Source: an uncultured Pirellulaceae bacterium (GTDB lineage: Bacteria > Planctomycetota > Planctomycetia > Pirellulales > Pirellulaceae). Taken from it: a DNA stretch of 64,000 nucleotides. The translations under genes and the position numbers were made by a program. The notes below the pieces were generated by a model. The model was given only the letters and a program-made list of their open reading frames with translations, did no database searches and was not told the origin of the DNA. The first letter of the stretch is position 1. The number at the start of each line of letters is the position of its first letter. This document shows positions 1 through 10,000 of this stretch, one piece after another. The DNA is taken from positions 152,916 to 216,915 of the forward strand of contig CAYONX010000003.1 of assembly GCA_964405425.1 (NCBI GenBank). Reading direction: 5' to 3'.

Positions 1-1
1 T

Positions 2-568
2 TTGTTCGCAAGAATAGACTTCACAGTCACGAAAAACGGCACCGGTCGTATCGAAGCTGGAATTGGCAGCGGGTTAGCCGTCAACTCAACAGAACTTGTC
101 AACACTTGCGTTGGTCAGTCCTTGTCCCTGACCTTTGGCACGGCGAGTATTGCCACACCATTGGGGCCTGGAGGAAGTGAAGGTGGTGGTGGAAGTGAAG
201 GAGGTGGTGGAAAGCCAAACGGCGATATCAACGGAGACGGACAAACCAACTTACTTGATGTCGAACCATTCATACAGCTACTGCTCAACGGAGACTTCCT
301 GTTCAACGCTGACATCAATCAGGACGGAATCGTTTCGTTGCTCGACGTAGCCGGATTTGTTGCACTAATTGGCGATCCCAATGACCCGATTGTTGGTGAC
401 GTCGATTGTGACGGCACGATCAACTTATTGGATCTTTGCGCCTTTGAAGGATTGCTGACGGCCACAGGAATACCATGCGACTTTGACACGGCGGATATTA
501 CCGGTGATGGCGTTATCAATTTGTTGGATGTGAAACCACTTATTCAAATTCTGTTTGATCAGGAATGA
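2..568 (+). CDS. C-terminal fragment of a secreted protein with four dockerin/EF-hand-like repeats (5' end outside the window)
   Basis: Open from the window edge. Four repeats of D-x-[ND]-x-D-G-x-[IV]-[NS]-L-L-D-[VL]-x-x-F (DINGDGQTNLLDVEPF, DINQDGIVSLLDVAGF, DVDCDGTINLLDLCAF, DITGDGVINLLDVKPL). Preceded by a GSEGGG x2 linker. Confidence 0.6.
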   Translation: MFARIDFTVTKNGTGRIEAGIGSGLAVNSTELVNTCVGQSLSLTFGTASIATPLGPGGSEGGGGSEGGGGKPNGDINGDGQTNLLDVEPFIQLLLNGDFLFNADINQDGIVSLLDVAGFVALIGDPNDPIVGDVDCDGTINLLDLCAFEGLLTATGIPCDFDTADITGDGVINLLDVKPLIQILFDQE

Positions 569-581
569 ATAACCGTTCTGG

Positions 582-1295
582 CTACACCTTGGGGCGATTT
601 TCGATCGTATGCAGAATCAAAAGTTTCTGCCAGATTTTTCGCGACAGCCCCGTCGACATCGTTTCAATCTCACTCGCCTCGGCCAGCGCTACGCTATCGT
701 CAAAATCCTGAACATACAGCGCTGCCACTTTCCCAACCAACGACAACATCTCGCTACAGTAATCAAGATAGCGCCGCAGCTCATACGGCGTCATAGAAAA
801 CGCTGGAGATGAACTCGTCTTCTTATCGAAATTCAGGACGCGATCCGGATCCTTGGTAAGTTGATGCATATCAATAACATGGGCAACCGATCGCAATTCA
901 TGCAGCGCCTGTAACGCTCTCCACCGCTTGTATCGATTCTCAAGTGTCCACAGAAAAACCGTCGCACCACCAATCAGGATCATAAAATTGATCTCGGTCT
1001 CGACGTTGACAAGTATATCTCTCAACAATCCCTTGTCGAAAAACGGCTGGAAAACCAGGTACGTTATCACGCCAGCGGTGGACAAAAAGATAACACAGCC
1101 AAGGATCACCAGCACTCGAAGCCACCAGATAGGCTTGGCAATCCACGCCGTTTTTTCAGCCGCATTGACAGCGATCTCTTCCAGCGTCAAACAAATATTG
1201 CTCAGCCCGGATTTAGGAAATCGCTCGTAAATCCTTTTATGCAATTGCGATAACGTGTGAATTATTTTTTGGGGGTCGAGAACTTTTTCCGTCAT
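582..1295 (-). CDS. Hypothetical membrane protein (two central TM helices)
   Basis: 237-aa ORF filling the gap between neighbouring genes. Hydrophobic segments WWLRVLVILGCVIFLSTAGVITYLVF and INFMILIGGATVFLWTL. No family recognised. Confidence 0.5.
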   Translation of the reverse strand: MTEKVLDPQKIIHTLSQLHKRIYERFPKSGLSNICLTLEEIAVNAAEKTAWIAKPIWWLRVLVILGCVIFLSTAGVITYLVFQPFFDKGLLRDILVNVETEINFMILIGGATVFLWTLENRYKRWRALQALHELRSVAHVIDMHQLTKDPDRVLNFDKKTSSSPAFSMTPYELRRYLDYCSEMLSLVGKVAALYVQDFDDSVALAEASEIETMSTGLSRKIWQKLLILHTIENRPKV

Positions 1296-1464
1296 GTGTG
1301 TTAAATCGATATATGGCCTGAACTAATGTCTATTCGCCAAAGGTCACAATTAATTGGATTTAATCGTGACATATCAGCGATCGGCAATTTTTGACATTCA
1401 AATGTTGGCAGGACTATACTGAATATTCGAGGTAAAAAGAAGACTGCTCATTAGAAGGCACACC

Positions 1465-2490
1465 ATGGCAAATGCTCCGGCTTCCAATAACTCTGTAGCC
1501 AATCCCAATTGCGTCGAATTCATCAAACGGATACGCGAACGCGTTGCGACCGTGGTCGTCGGCCAGGACGTTGTCGTCGAACGAACTTTGATCGCATTAT
1601 TCACCGGCGGCCATCTTTTGCTGCAAGGTGTTCCCGGACTGGCAAAAACACTTCTGGTTTCCGTGCTATCGAAAACCGTCGATCTCGATTTCGCCCGGAT
1701 CCAGTTCACCATCGACTTGCTGCCATCCGACATTCTTGGATCTGAAATCCTCGATCAACGAACCAGCGAATTTAAGATCCTTAAAGGCCCGGTCTTTACA
1801 AATCTGTTATTGGCAGACGAAATCAACCGAGCAGCCCCCAAAGTTCAAGGCGCGCTACTGGAAGCGATGCAGGAACGAAAAGTCACCATCGGCAACGAAA
1901 CATTTACTCTGCCGGCACCGTTTCTGGTAATCGCGACTCAAAATCCGATTGAGCAAAGTGGTACCTTCGAATTGCCCGAAGCCCAGCTTGATCGATTCAT
2001 GCTTTGCCATCGATTGAACTATCCGACACCAGACGAAGAAAAAGAAGTTCTGCGCCGCAATTCGGCTCTTGGAATTCGCCGCCAGGACAAAGGTGCCGTT
2101 TCGCGAACGGAATTCGATATCCTGGACAAGGAGCCCGTCGGTACAACGGAAGATCTGATCGAGTCAATGCAAGCCGTCCAAGACATCCACATCAGCGATG
2201 TTTTCATGGATCACGTTGTCGAACTTGTTAATCGAACACGGATCCATCCTGCACTTGAAGTTGGCTGTTCACCACGTGCCGGTATCGCAATCTTAAAAGC
2301 ATCAAAGGCTCGGGCACTGATTCATGGTCGGTCATACGTTGTACCAGAAGACATGTACGCATTGGCGGAAGATGTCATCTTGCATCGAATTCGATTGAAT
2401 TACGAAGCACTGGCTGATGGCTTGACCGGCGAATCGGTGTTGCAAAGCATCATGAACGAAATGGGTTTGACCGCTTCCACCATTTCCTAG
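1465..2490 (+). CDS. MoxR-family AAA+ ATPase
   Basis: Walker A GVPGLAKT and Walker B LLADEINRA. APKVQGALLEAMQERKVTI and VIATQNPIEQSGTFELPEAQLDRF are typical of the AAA_3/MoxR family. Confidence 0.9.
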   Translation: MANAPASNNSVANPNCVEFIKRIRERVATVVVGQDVVVERTLIALFTGGHLLLQGVPGLAKTLLVSVLSKTVDLDFARIQFTIDLLPSDILGSEILDQRTSEFKILKGPVFTNLLLADEINRAAPKVQGALLEAMQERKVTIGNETFTLPAPFLVIATQNPIEQSGTFELPEAQLDRFMLCHRLNYPTPDEEKEVLRRNSALGIRRQDKGAVSRTEFDILDKEPVGTTEDLIESMQAVQDIHISDVFMDHVVELVNRTRIHPALEVGCSPRAGIAILKASKARALIHGRSYVVPEDMYALAEDVILHRIRLNYEALADGLTGESVLQSIMNEMGLTASTIS

Positions 2491-2500
2491 GCCACGCGGC

Positions 2501-3361
2501 ATGAAATACCAACTCGACAGCATCGACACACTGGATTCGCGTCAATTTGTGATGGCGATCAAGCGTTTGGCAGACAGTTTGAGCTACGGAACGGACGCGT
2601 CACCGTTTCTGGGAAGTGGCACTGAATACGTCCAATCACGAATATATCAGCCAGGCGACCCCGTCCGCAGTATCGATTGGCGGATTACGGCCCGAACGAA
2701 CAAGTTTCATGTTAAGGAATTTGAAACGCCCAAACGCATGCCTTGCTATTTGCTGGTCGATACATCCGCGTCGATGACCGTGTCTTCGATCGCCAAAAGC
2801 AAATACGCCATGGCGGTTTACCTGGCCGGCGGACTGGCATTTGCCTGCCTTGACCGGATCAGTCCAGTTGCCGTAATGGGCATTGGCGAAACCGAACTGC
2901 GATACAATCCATCGCTGTCTCGCGACAATATCATGCAATGGCTACACAAGCTGCGAACGTATCAAGTAACCGAGAAAACGATGCTTGACGAACGATTGCG
3001 TGAACTGGGTCCGCTACTCAATAATCGCTCGTTGATCATTGTACTTTCAGATCTTCATCAACCAGAAGCAATCGCGCCGCTGAAACGACTTGGGCAACAA
3101 CATGATGTGGTCGCGTTACAGCTTCAAGATCCTGCCGAAATAAGCTTGCGCGGTGCCGGCTATATCCGCGCTCGCGAAGCCGAAACTGGACGTACAATCA
3201 CAACATCAGGCCGGTACATGGGAATCGATCAGGAACATTTGAAACAGGAATTGAAACGAGCGCGCGTTGACCATTTGTTGATCCCTACCGATCAACCCGT
3301 CGCCTATCAACTGCGGCACTTTTTCAAATCTCGCGGCATATTTGGCAGAGGTGCACGATGA
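2501..3361 (+). CDS. DUF58 (VWA-like) protein, MoxR partner
   Basis: DPVRSIDWRITARTNKFHVKEFE followed by LLVDTSASM is the hallmark DUF58 arrangement. Lies 10 nt after the MoxR stop. Confidence 0.8.
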   Translation: MKYQLDSIDTLDSRQFVMAIKRLADSLSYGTDASPFLGSGTEYVQSRIYQPGDPVRSIDWRITARTNKFHVKEFETPKRMPCYLLVDTSASMTVSSIAKSKYAMAVYLAGGLAFACLDRISPVAVMGIGETELRYNPSLSRDNIMQWLHKLRTYQVTEKTMLDERLRELGPLLNNRSLIIVLSDLHQPEAIAPLKRLGQQHDVVALQLQDPAEISLRGAGYIRAREAETGRTITTSGRYMGIDQEHLKQELKRARVDHLLIPTDQPVAYQLRHFFKSRGIFGRGAR

Positions 3362-4161
3362 AAATTGCCATTGCATGGATGATCATGGTTTGCACTTGTA
3401 CTTCAGTGCTGTATGCCGAAGACCGACTTGATCCAACCGTTGGTGCTGAAGGATTCATCGAACAAATCAAGCTACCCGGCCCGGAGCTAACCGGCAAACC
3501 AATCGGCCCCGATTCACCGATGGTCGTTCGCGTCACCAATATCTTCCCGCATGGCGACGCGTTTCGTTACGACATTCAATTTCATGGACTTGAACCCGGA
3601 AATTTTGACCTGCGAGAATTCCTGATTCGCAAAGATGGATCATCAACGGAAGACCTGCCGAAGATTCCCGTTCGAGTTAAATCCCTGCTACCTCCGGGTC
3701 AAATTGAACCCAATGCGCTCAATCAAGGCTGGCTGCCAAGGCTCGGTGGATATAAAGTTCTGGCCACACTTGCTGCGATGGCATGGTTCGCTGTTCTTTT
3801 GGCCCTGATTTTTGCCGGCCGCAAACCCAAACACAAAGAAACGCCTACGGCTGCAACGTTGACGCTCGCCGATCTGCTAAAGCCTCGGTTACAAGAAGCT
3901 GCTGACAACAAAATGGAACCGGCGCAATACGCGGAACTTGAACGCATGCTGTTTGCGTTCTGGCGAAAACGGCTACAACTCGAAACCGATTCGCCCGAGG
4001 CCGCATTGCAAAAAATCCACACCCACCCGGAATCCGGCCCACTGATGAAACAACTGGAACAGTGGATGCACAATCCGGCGCGAGACAACGCGGTCAACTT
4101 ATCACAATTGCTTGTGCCTTATCAAAACCTGCCAGCCGATTCTGTGGAGCCTAAATCGTGA
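3358..4161 (+). CDS. Membrane protein of the MoxR/Bat-like operon (signal peptide plus one TM helix)
   Basis: ATGA overlap with the DUF58 gene. N-terminal hydrophobic MKIAIAWMIMVCTCTSVLYA and internal TM LATLAAMAWFAVLLALIFAG. Confidence 0.55.
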   Translation: MKIAIAWMIMVCTCTSVLYAEDRLDPTVGAEGFIEQIKLPGPELTGKPIGPDSPMVVRVTNIFPHGDAFRYDIQFHGLEPGNFDLREFLIRKDGSSTEDLPKIPVRVKSLLPPGQIEPNALNQGWLPRLGGYKVLATLAAMAWFAVLLALIFAGRKPKHKETPTAATLTLADLLKPRLQEAADNKMEPAQYAELERMLFAFWRKRLQLETDSPEAALQKIHTHPESGPLMKQLEQWMHNPARDNAVNLSQLLVPYQNLPADSVEPKS

Positions 4162-5102
4162 GCTTCGGCAATTGGCAACTGTTGTTTCTGCTATTCATTC
4201 CGGCCAGCATACTGGCGTGGACCTGGTTGCGAGATCGTTTACCATCGCTTGGCTTTGGCAGCGATCGACGTATTTCCTTGCCGCAGGACCATAGCATCAC
4301 CAGTCGTGGATTATTCAGTGATTTCCTTCTAAAGTGCTTTTCCAGTGCGGCGCCTTTGATGTTGGCCGCCGCAATCATATTGCTTGCTCAGCCACGGCAT
4401 CTTGGTGTCCCTCAAGCTAAACGCGAATTGACCAACATTGAATTCTGCCTCGACTTGAGCGGAAGCATGATGGGCAGATTCGGTGAAGGCAGCCGCTACG
4501 ATGCGGCTATGGCAGCGATCAACGGCTTTGTGGAAAAACGAAAGGGAGACGCGTTTGGTTTAACCGTTTTCGGCAGCAACGCCGAACACTGGATCCCGCT
4601 AACTACCGACGCGTCCGCATTTCGTTGTTCAACACCATTTCTGAACCCACGCAGATTACCACCTGGCTACGGCGGCGGAACCATGATCGGAAAAGGCTTG
4701 AGGAAATGTCAGGAAGTTTTAATCACTCGCGAAACCGGTGATCGCATGGTCATCCTTGTATCCGACGGAGCCAGTGCAGATCTCGGCGGTGGCCAGGAAG
4801 AAGAAGTCGGACGTTCATTACGAGACGACAAAATTGCAGTCTATTCAATCCATATTGGATCCGGCACGTCGCCGCCGGAAGTATCAACCATCACCAACAT
4901 CACTGGCGGCGAATCGTTCAACCCGACGGATGTTCAAGGCTTGAAAAACGTATTCGATCGCATCGACAAAATGGAAGTCGCCGAAATGAAACGTACCTAT
5001 GCCGAAGTGCTTGACTGGTTCACTCCGTTTTCGATCGCCGGGATTTCGTTTGCGGGATTCTGTCTGCTGTCTGTCTTAGGCATGAGGTACACGCCATGGT
5101 AG
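4158..5102 (+). CDS. VWA-domain membrane protein (BatA-like)
   Basis: GTG start overlapping the upstream stop (GTGA). N-terminal TM helices. MIDAS motif DLSGSM, LVSDGASAD, and a C-terminal TM. Confidence 0.8.
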   Translation: MSFGNWQLLFLLFIPASILAWTWLRDRLPSLGFGSDRRISLPQDHSITSRGLFSDFLLKCFSSAAPLMLAAAIILLAQPRHLGVPQAKRELTNIEFCLDLSGSMMGRFGEGSRYDAAMAAINGFVEKRKGDAFGLTVFGSNAEHWIPLTTDASAFRCSTPFLNPRRLPPGYGGGTMIGKGLRKCQEVLITRETGDRMVILVSDGASADLGGGQEEEVGRSLRDDKIAVYSIHIGSGTSPPEVSTITNITGGESFNPTDVQGLKNVFDRIDKMEVAEMKRTYAEVLDWFTPFSIAGISFAGFCLLSVLGMRYTPW

Positions 5103-6088
5103 AAATTCTGCCAGAAATCATCGCGATCTCAGTAGTTCTAATTGCGATCATTGGCGAATTGTTTCATCAGCGTCGCATGCACAAAATCAAGCGACTGGCA
5201 TTTGGTCCACAAGCACGGCCGGCATCATGGAGCTATGCCGCATCGATCGTCCGCGTTCTGGCACTTGGGATCGCCTGTTGGGGATTTGCATCTTTGTGGT
5301 TAGTCGTCGAAGCCGAAGTTCATAACAAACAGAAAATCGAAGAAAACGAATACAAGCATTTGGTTTTGGTCGTCGACGTTTCTCCCAGCATGCATTTGAA
5401 AGATGCTGGACCGAACGGCGAAAAAACACGACGACAACGCGCTTCGGATGTTCTGGAATCGCTTTTCAATCGCATCCCCATGCGTCAATTTAAGATTAGC
5501 TTCATCGCCGTTTACACTGACGCAAAAATGCTACTCGAAGATTCGCAGGACCACGAAGTTGTCCGGCACATCATGGAGAAGATGCCGATGTGGCATGCCT
5601 ATAAACCTGGCAAAACGAAACTGATGAGCGGGATCAATGAATCGGCAAAAGTCGCTAAACCCTGGAATCCCAAAAGCACTTATATTTTGATGCTGACCGA
5701 TGGCGACACCGTGCCGACAACTGGTATGCCGACGTTGCCCGCGTCCGTCGCCGAATTCATCGTCGTTGGAGTTGGCAATTCCAGCACCGGCAGCTTCATC
5801 GACGGCCATCAATCTCGCCAGGATATCAATACATTGCGACAAGTCGCCAATCGATTGCGAGGCGTGTACCACAACGGAAACAAAAAACATTTGACCTCCC
5901 AAATCGTAGGCAAATTCGTCCGCCAACAGGACGAGGAAGCAAAATTGGTATGGAAGCGGCGAGAGTGGGCTATGATGGCTGCTGTGGCCGGATCGGCCCT
6001 GTTTTCGCTAATCCCAGTTTTATTGCACTACTTTGGCACCAGCTATCAGCCCGGCACAAAATGGGAGCCGTCGTTGCAAAACGTATGA
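5096..6088 (+). CDS. VWA-domain membrane protein (BatB-like)
   Basis: 7-nt overlap with the upstream gene. Two N-terminal TM helices. MIDAS-like VVDVSPSM, MLTDGDT, and a C-terminal TM. Confidence 0.75.
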   Translation: MVEILPEIIAISVVLIAIIGELFHQRRMHKIKRLAFGPQARPASWSYAASIVRVLALGIACWGFASLWLVVEAEVHNKQKIEENEYKHLVLVVDVSPSMHLKDAGPNGEKTRRQRASDVLESLFNRIPMRQFKISFIAVYTDAKMLLEDSQDHEVVRHIMEKMPMWHAYKPGKTKLMSGINESAKVAKPWNPKSTYILMLTDGDTVPTTGMPTLPASVAEFIVVGVGNSSTGSFIDGHQSRQDINTLRQVANRLRGVYHNGNKKHLTSQIVGKFVRQQDEEAKLVWKRREWAMMAAVAGSALFSLIPVLLHYFGTSYQPGTKWEPSLQNV

Positions 6089-6224
6089 CCGCATGGACTT
6101 AAACGAAGATTAAGGCTTCTGCTGAAACCTCGGACAAATATTTTGTGATGGTGACGAAAGTTGTTACAATTCGATAAGTTAAATAAAGCCAAAAATTTCA
6201 AGGAATCCTATTCAGGAATATGAC

Positions 6225-6818
6225 ATGAGAATCATGCTGATTGTTGCCTGGTTATTTGCGGGGCTGGGTGGTGTTATTTACCACTACGGTCCTGGCCAGG
6301 AAAAGCTGGAGGTCGATCAGATCAGCGGCCTGTTGCGTCAAGCGCGTCAGAGCGCAACGGCGAAGGACTTTACAAAGGCAGTCGGTCTATTCGACGAAGC
6401 GCTGGCAGAAATGCCGTCGGATAAAATCACTGAAAGTCGTGTAGTCGCATTGGAGAAGGCCAAGGCACAGATGATGGCGTCGCAATTACCAAAAGCACGT
6501 GCCAGCCTGGAAAGCCTCTTATCGGAAGTTCGCGCCGACGAGAATGCTGATTCTGAATTTGTCGCGGATGTTCAATCAACTCTGGCAAATTCACAGTACT
6601 ACATGACATGGCTGATGAGACTTGAAGGCCAACCCGAAGAAATGTGGAAGCCGGAAATCGAAGCCGCGCGTCAGCATTACGCCCAACTTACTAAAGACGC
6701 AAAGAAAATTGGCAACGACAAATTGCTGAAGACCAGCCTTGAAGATCTGGAGTCGTCGATTCGACTGGCTCGAATGGATCTGAGCGATCTTCAGTCATTG
6801 CCGTTGCCCAGCCAATGA
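6225..6818 (+). CDS. Membrane-anchored helical (TPR-like) protein in the BatC position
   Basis: N-terminal TM IMLIVAWLFAGLGGVIYHY followed by an all-helical-looking sequence. The assignment is positional only. Confidence 0.5.
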   Translation: MRIMLIVAWLFAGLGGVIYHYGPGQEKLEVDQISGLLRQARQSATAKDFTKAVGLFDEALAEMPSDKITESRVVALEKAKAQMMASQLPKARASLESLLSEVRADENADSEFVADVQSTLANSQYYMTWLMRLEGQPEEMWKPEIEAARQHYAQLTKDAKKIGNDKLLKTSLEDLESSIRLARMDLSDLQSLPLPSQ

Positions 6819-6946
6819 GAGGGCACATGAAGCGGCAAAAGCCGTAAACCCCGTCGGGGCAAAAAGAAAGACAAGGAATCAAACGGTGCAAATCTGGAAG
6901 AAGTTCCAGAAGGCCGTGGATCTTAGAAATTGAATTTACAAACACT

Positions 6947-6974
6947 AGCCGGGCAAGCTTGCCTGGCTTTTTTT
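6947..6974 (+). terminator. Rho-independent terminator
   Basis: Hairpin AGCCGGGCAAGCTTGCCTGGCT (about 9 bp including one G-U pair) followed directly by a run of seven T. Confidence 0.7.
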
Positions 6975-7055
6975 ATCGAATTAGGAATTGAAACGAAACC
7001 TGATTTGTCGCCCGGTGTACAATAGATGCTGCTCACTCTCACTCGGAAATCAATC

Positions 7056-10000
7056 ATGAAAAAGTATCAGATTGCCGCACTAGTTAGCTTCTTTTCTCTT
7101 TTTGCATTTGCCGCCAGTACCAATCTGGCTGTTGCTCAAAACTTCGTCGTTACCAGCCCATCAGGCGCCCGGGTGATAAGCACCCAGCAACCAGCGACGC
7201 TGGTCACTCCGGCGAATCCCCAGCAAGCAGCAAATCCGGGCGTCGTGCCCGCAGCCAATCCAGCAGTACCAGGTGCAACCGGCGCCGCCACACCTCCCGA
7301 AAAATCTGCAGAAGATAAAAAAGTTGAATTGTTGCTGAAAGAAAAATTCGACCGGACTACTGGCGCCGTATTAAAAGCATGGAGCACCAAACCAGAAAAG
7401 AAAAAGGCAAAAGGCGAAGAGAAAAAGAAACCAGTAACAGCGGTTGTAAAGAATCTTTATGAAGGCTTGGCCGCCATCGAAATCGTTGGTGAGCACGAGC
7501 TTCAAGCAGCGAACGTGGTCGAATTCACAATCGATGGCGATAGTTGTGGCAAATGGAAATTGCTGAGTATTGACGGAAAGAAAATTTCCGCCCAACACGT
7601 CAAAGAGGCTCTCAAAGCTAAATCACCTGAACAACTAGACCCTCCAACCATACCAGCTGAACAAACCGATGCCAAAACTGAACCTGCATCAGAAACTGAG
7701 CCGGTAAAAGATTCAGCTACCCAAATTGAAATCAAAACGATTAAAACCGGTGACAAGATTGTCGTTGTAAAGCCAGCACCAAAAAAGTCAGACAAGCCAG
7801 ACGTCGATGCTCAGGTCAAAACAGAAGTCGAAGCGTTTGCTAGAAGCGTTGCGATCGGCAAATGGACCGATGTAAAAACCGAACTCGGCAAGATGAAAAA
7901 GGAAAACGCTGACAAGGTTTTCGCGCACCTGCTTAAATCACTTGCAATCGCTCCAAAAGATCCGAGCCGACCTCTGCAACGCGGTCAAAAGCCTCCAAAG
8001 CCACAACTTACGCCCGATGACATCATGCAATTGTCGGAAGCCGCGCCTAACCCAATTCAGATCGAATTGAAAAAGGAAGAAGACGATTCGACCGACGGCG
8101 ACAAGAAGGTCGCTGCCACACCGAAATTACCTTCTGGTGTTGCATTGCCGCCCGGTATTTCGATCGATCAATTGCCGCCCGAAGCACTTCAGGTCATGCA
8201 GCAAGTGGCTGGCAGTACGCCAGCGGCAGCAGCGGCGACAGTTCCAGCCGGTGACGCAGCAAAACCAAACCATATCGCGGCTCTGGCGACGTTAGTTCGA
8301 AACTCAAAAAACGCCGGGCATGATCTTGCTAAGTTCCACGATCAAATCAAGCAAGGCACGACACATTTTGGAGGCGACGATCCGATCAAACGGCTGACTG
8401 CGGCGGATCTATTTATGAAGTCCGGCACGACCGAATACGTTGAAGAATTTCTGCCGAAACTGGACGACGACGCAACCAAATCCAATCTTCACGCTTTGAA
8501 AATCTGGTCGCAACTTGCATTGGCGATGCACGCCGAAAAAAACATCGCCGACTGGCTCGACAAGGCCTGGAAAATCAACCAGTGGATTATCGGTATCGAA
8601 GACCTTGAAACCGCTGACAAGAATCTGGCGCTCGCAAATTTGACGAAGTTGTCTTCGCAGATTGATAAAGAAACAGGCGTTGCCTGGGTCAACGAAAGCT
8701 TTACCAATCAGCCTGATCGCGGCATGACGATTCTGACAAACCTGGGAACCAAGTCAGCCGACCTTGCGAACAAGGCCGCGCAAACTCCAGAAAACACGCG
8801 ACTCGATTTGTTGACGTTGCAAAATGAAGCCGTCGAAAAACTTATCAAAATCTCGCCTGACAAAGCGAAATCGTGGGATCAAACGCTGACTTTGCTCGCT
8901 CACAACTGGCTCACAGAAGCGGCCACGTCGTTGCAATATTCAACGGAAAATTCAGGCCGTGACTTCATGGAAATGGACATGTATGGCAACTACTACTGGA
9001 TGAACCAGCGACGCCAAATGCACAACGGTCGCCAGCCACGCCCCATCAAACTTCATGAGATTCTGGAAATTGCTCCCAGCAACGATTGGCAAGCATTGAT
9101 CGATACAAGCCTGCACACGAATTTGAACCAAACGCGTGCCAAGCTGTTTATGCGGATCAATGAAGAAAATAAAGCGTTTCCGTTTATCGAACAAATCGCC
9201 GAGACCCGTCCAGTGGTTGCACGCGAACTGGTTCATGATTTCCTTAGAATCTGGACTCAAAACCACGACCCTAACAGCAGTAAACGAAGACGCAATCCGT
9301 ACATCTACTTTTATGGCTTCGACCGAAAAGCGGATGCGATTCCATTGACCCGCTCCAAACAGGAGCGAAACCTGGAAGAACTTTCTCAATGGGTCCAACG
9401 CATTCGCAAGCTGCCCATCGAAGACGTCGATGAAGAGCTCTTGTCCAATGCTTTCACGACCTGCCACAGCAGCGCTGAAGTATTTAAACTTGATCGCTTC
9501 AGGGATGTATTCGGAGATTTCGAAAAACTGAAACCCGAAACCATCGCCGCCCTTTGCCAGAAAATGCGTGCCAACCTGGCATCCAATTGGCGAAACATTC
9601 GCAACCAGGAAGAAAAGCAAACCAATCGCCGCGAGCCGGAAGTTCAGGTGGCGGTTCTGGATGGGTATCGGACTGCGATGCAATTAGCAGAAGAAGCATT
9701 GAATGCTGCTCCAAACAGCTGGCGATTGCACCTCGCAAAAGCGACGTTGATGTACGACTCCAATGATTATTCGCAATCGGTTCAAAAATCGTCCGACTAC
9801 AGCGACCGCCGCGATAGTGCGTTCGAACAATTCAAAATCGCATCCAACAAATATGCTGAAGTTGTTGCAACCCTGGAGAAGGATGAGCAAGCGACCGACG
9901 TTTACGATTACTGGTTCTATGCCGCACTCGGTGCAGTCGACCTTGGAAAAATCACAGACAAAACCACTCCTGATTTAAAGCAATATCCGAAAATCAAGGA

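Noticed and set aside
8952-9683. 243-aa minus-strand ORF inside the 1440-aa gene
   Set aside because: Lies entirely antisense to a much longer, coherent plus-strand CDS. Its composition looks like a mirror-frame artefact and shows no motifs.
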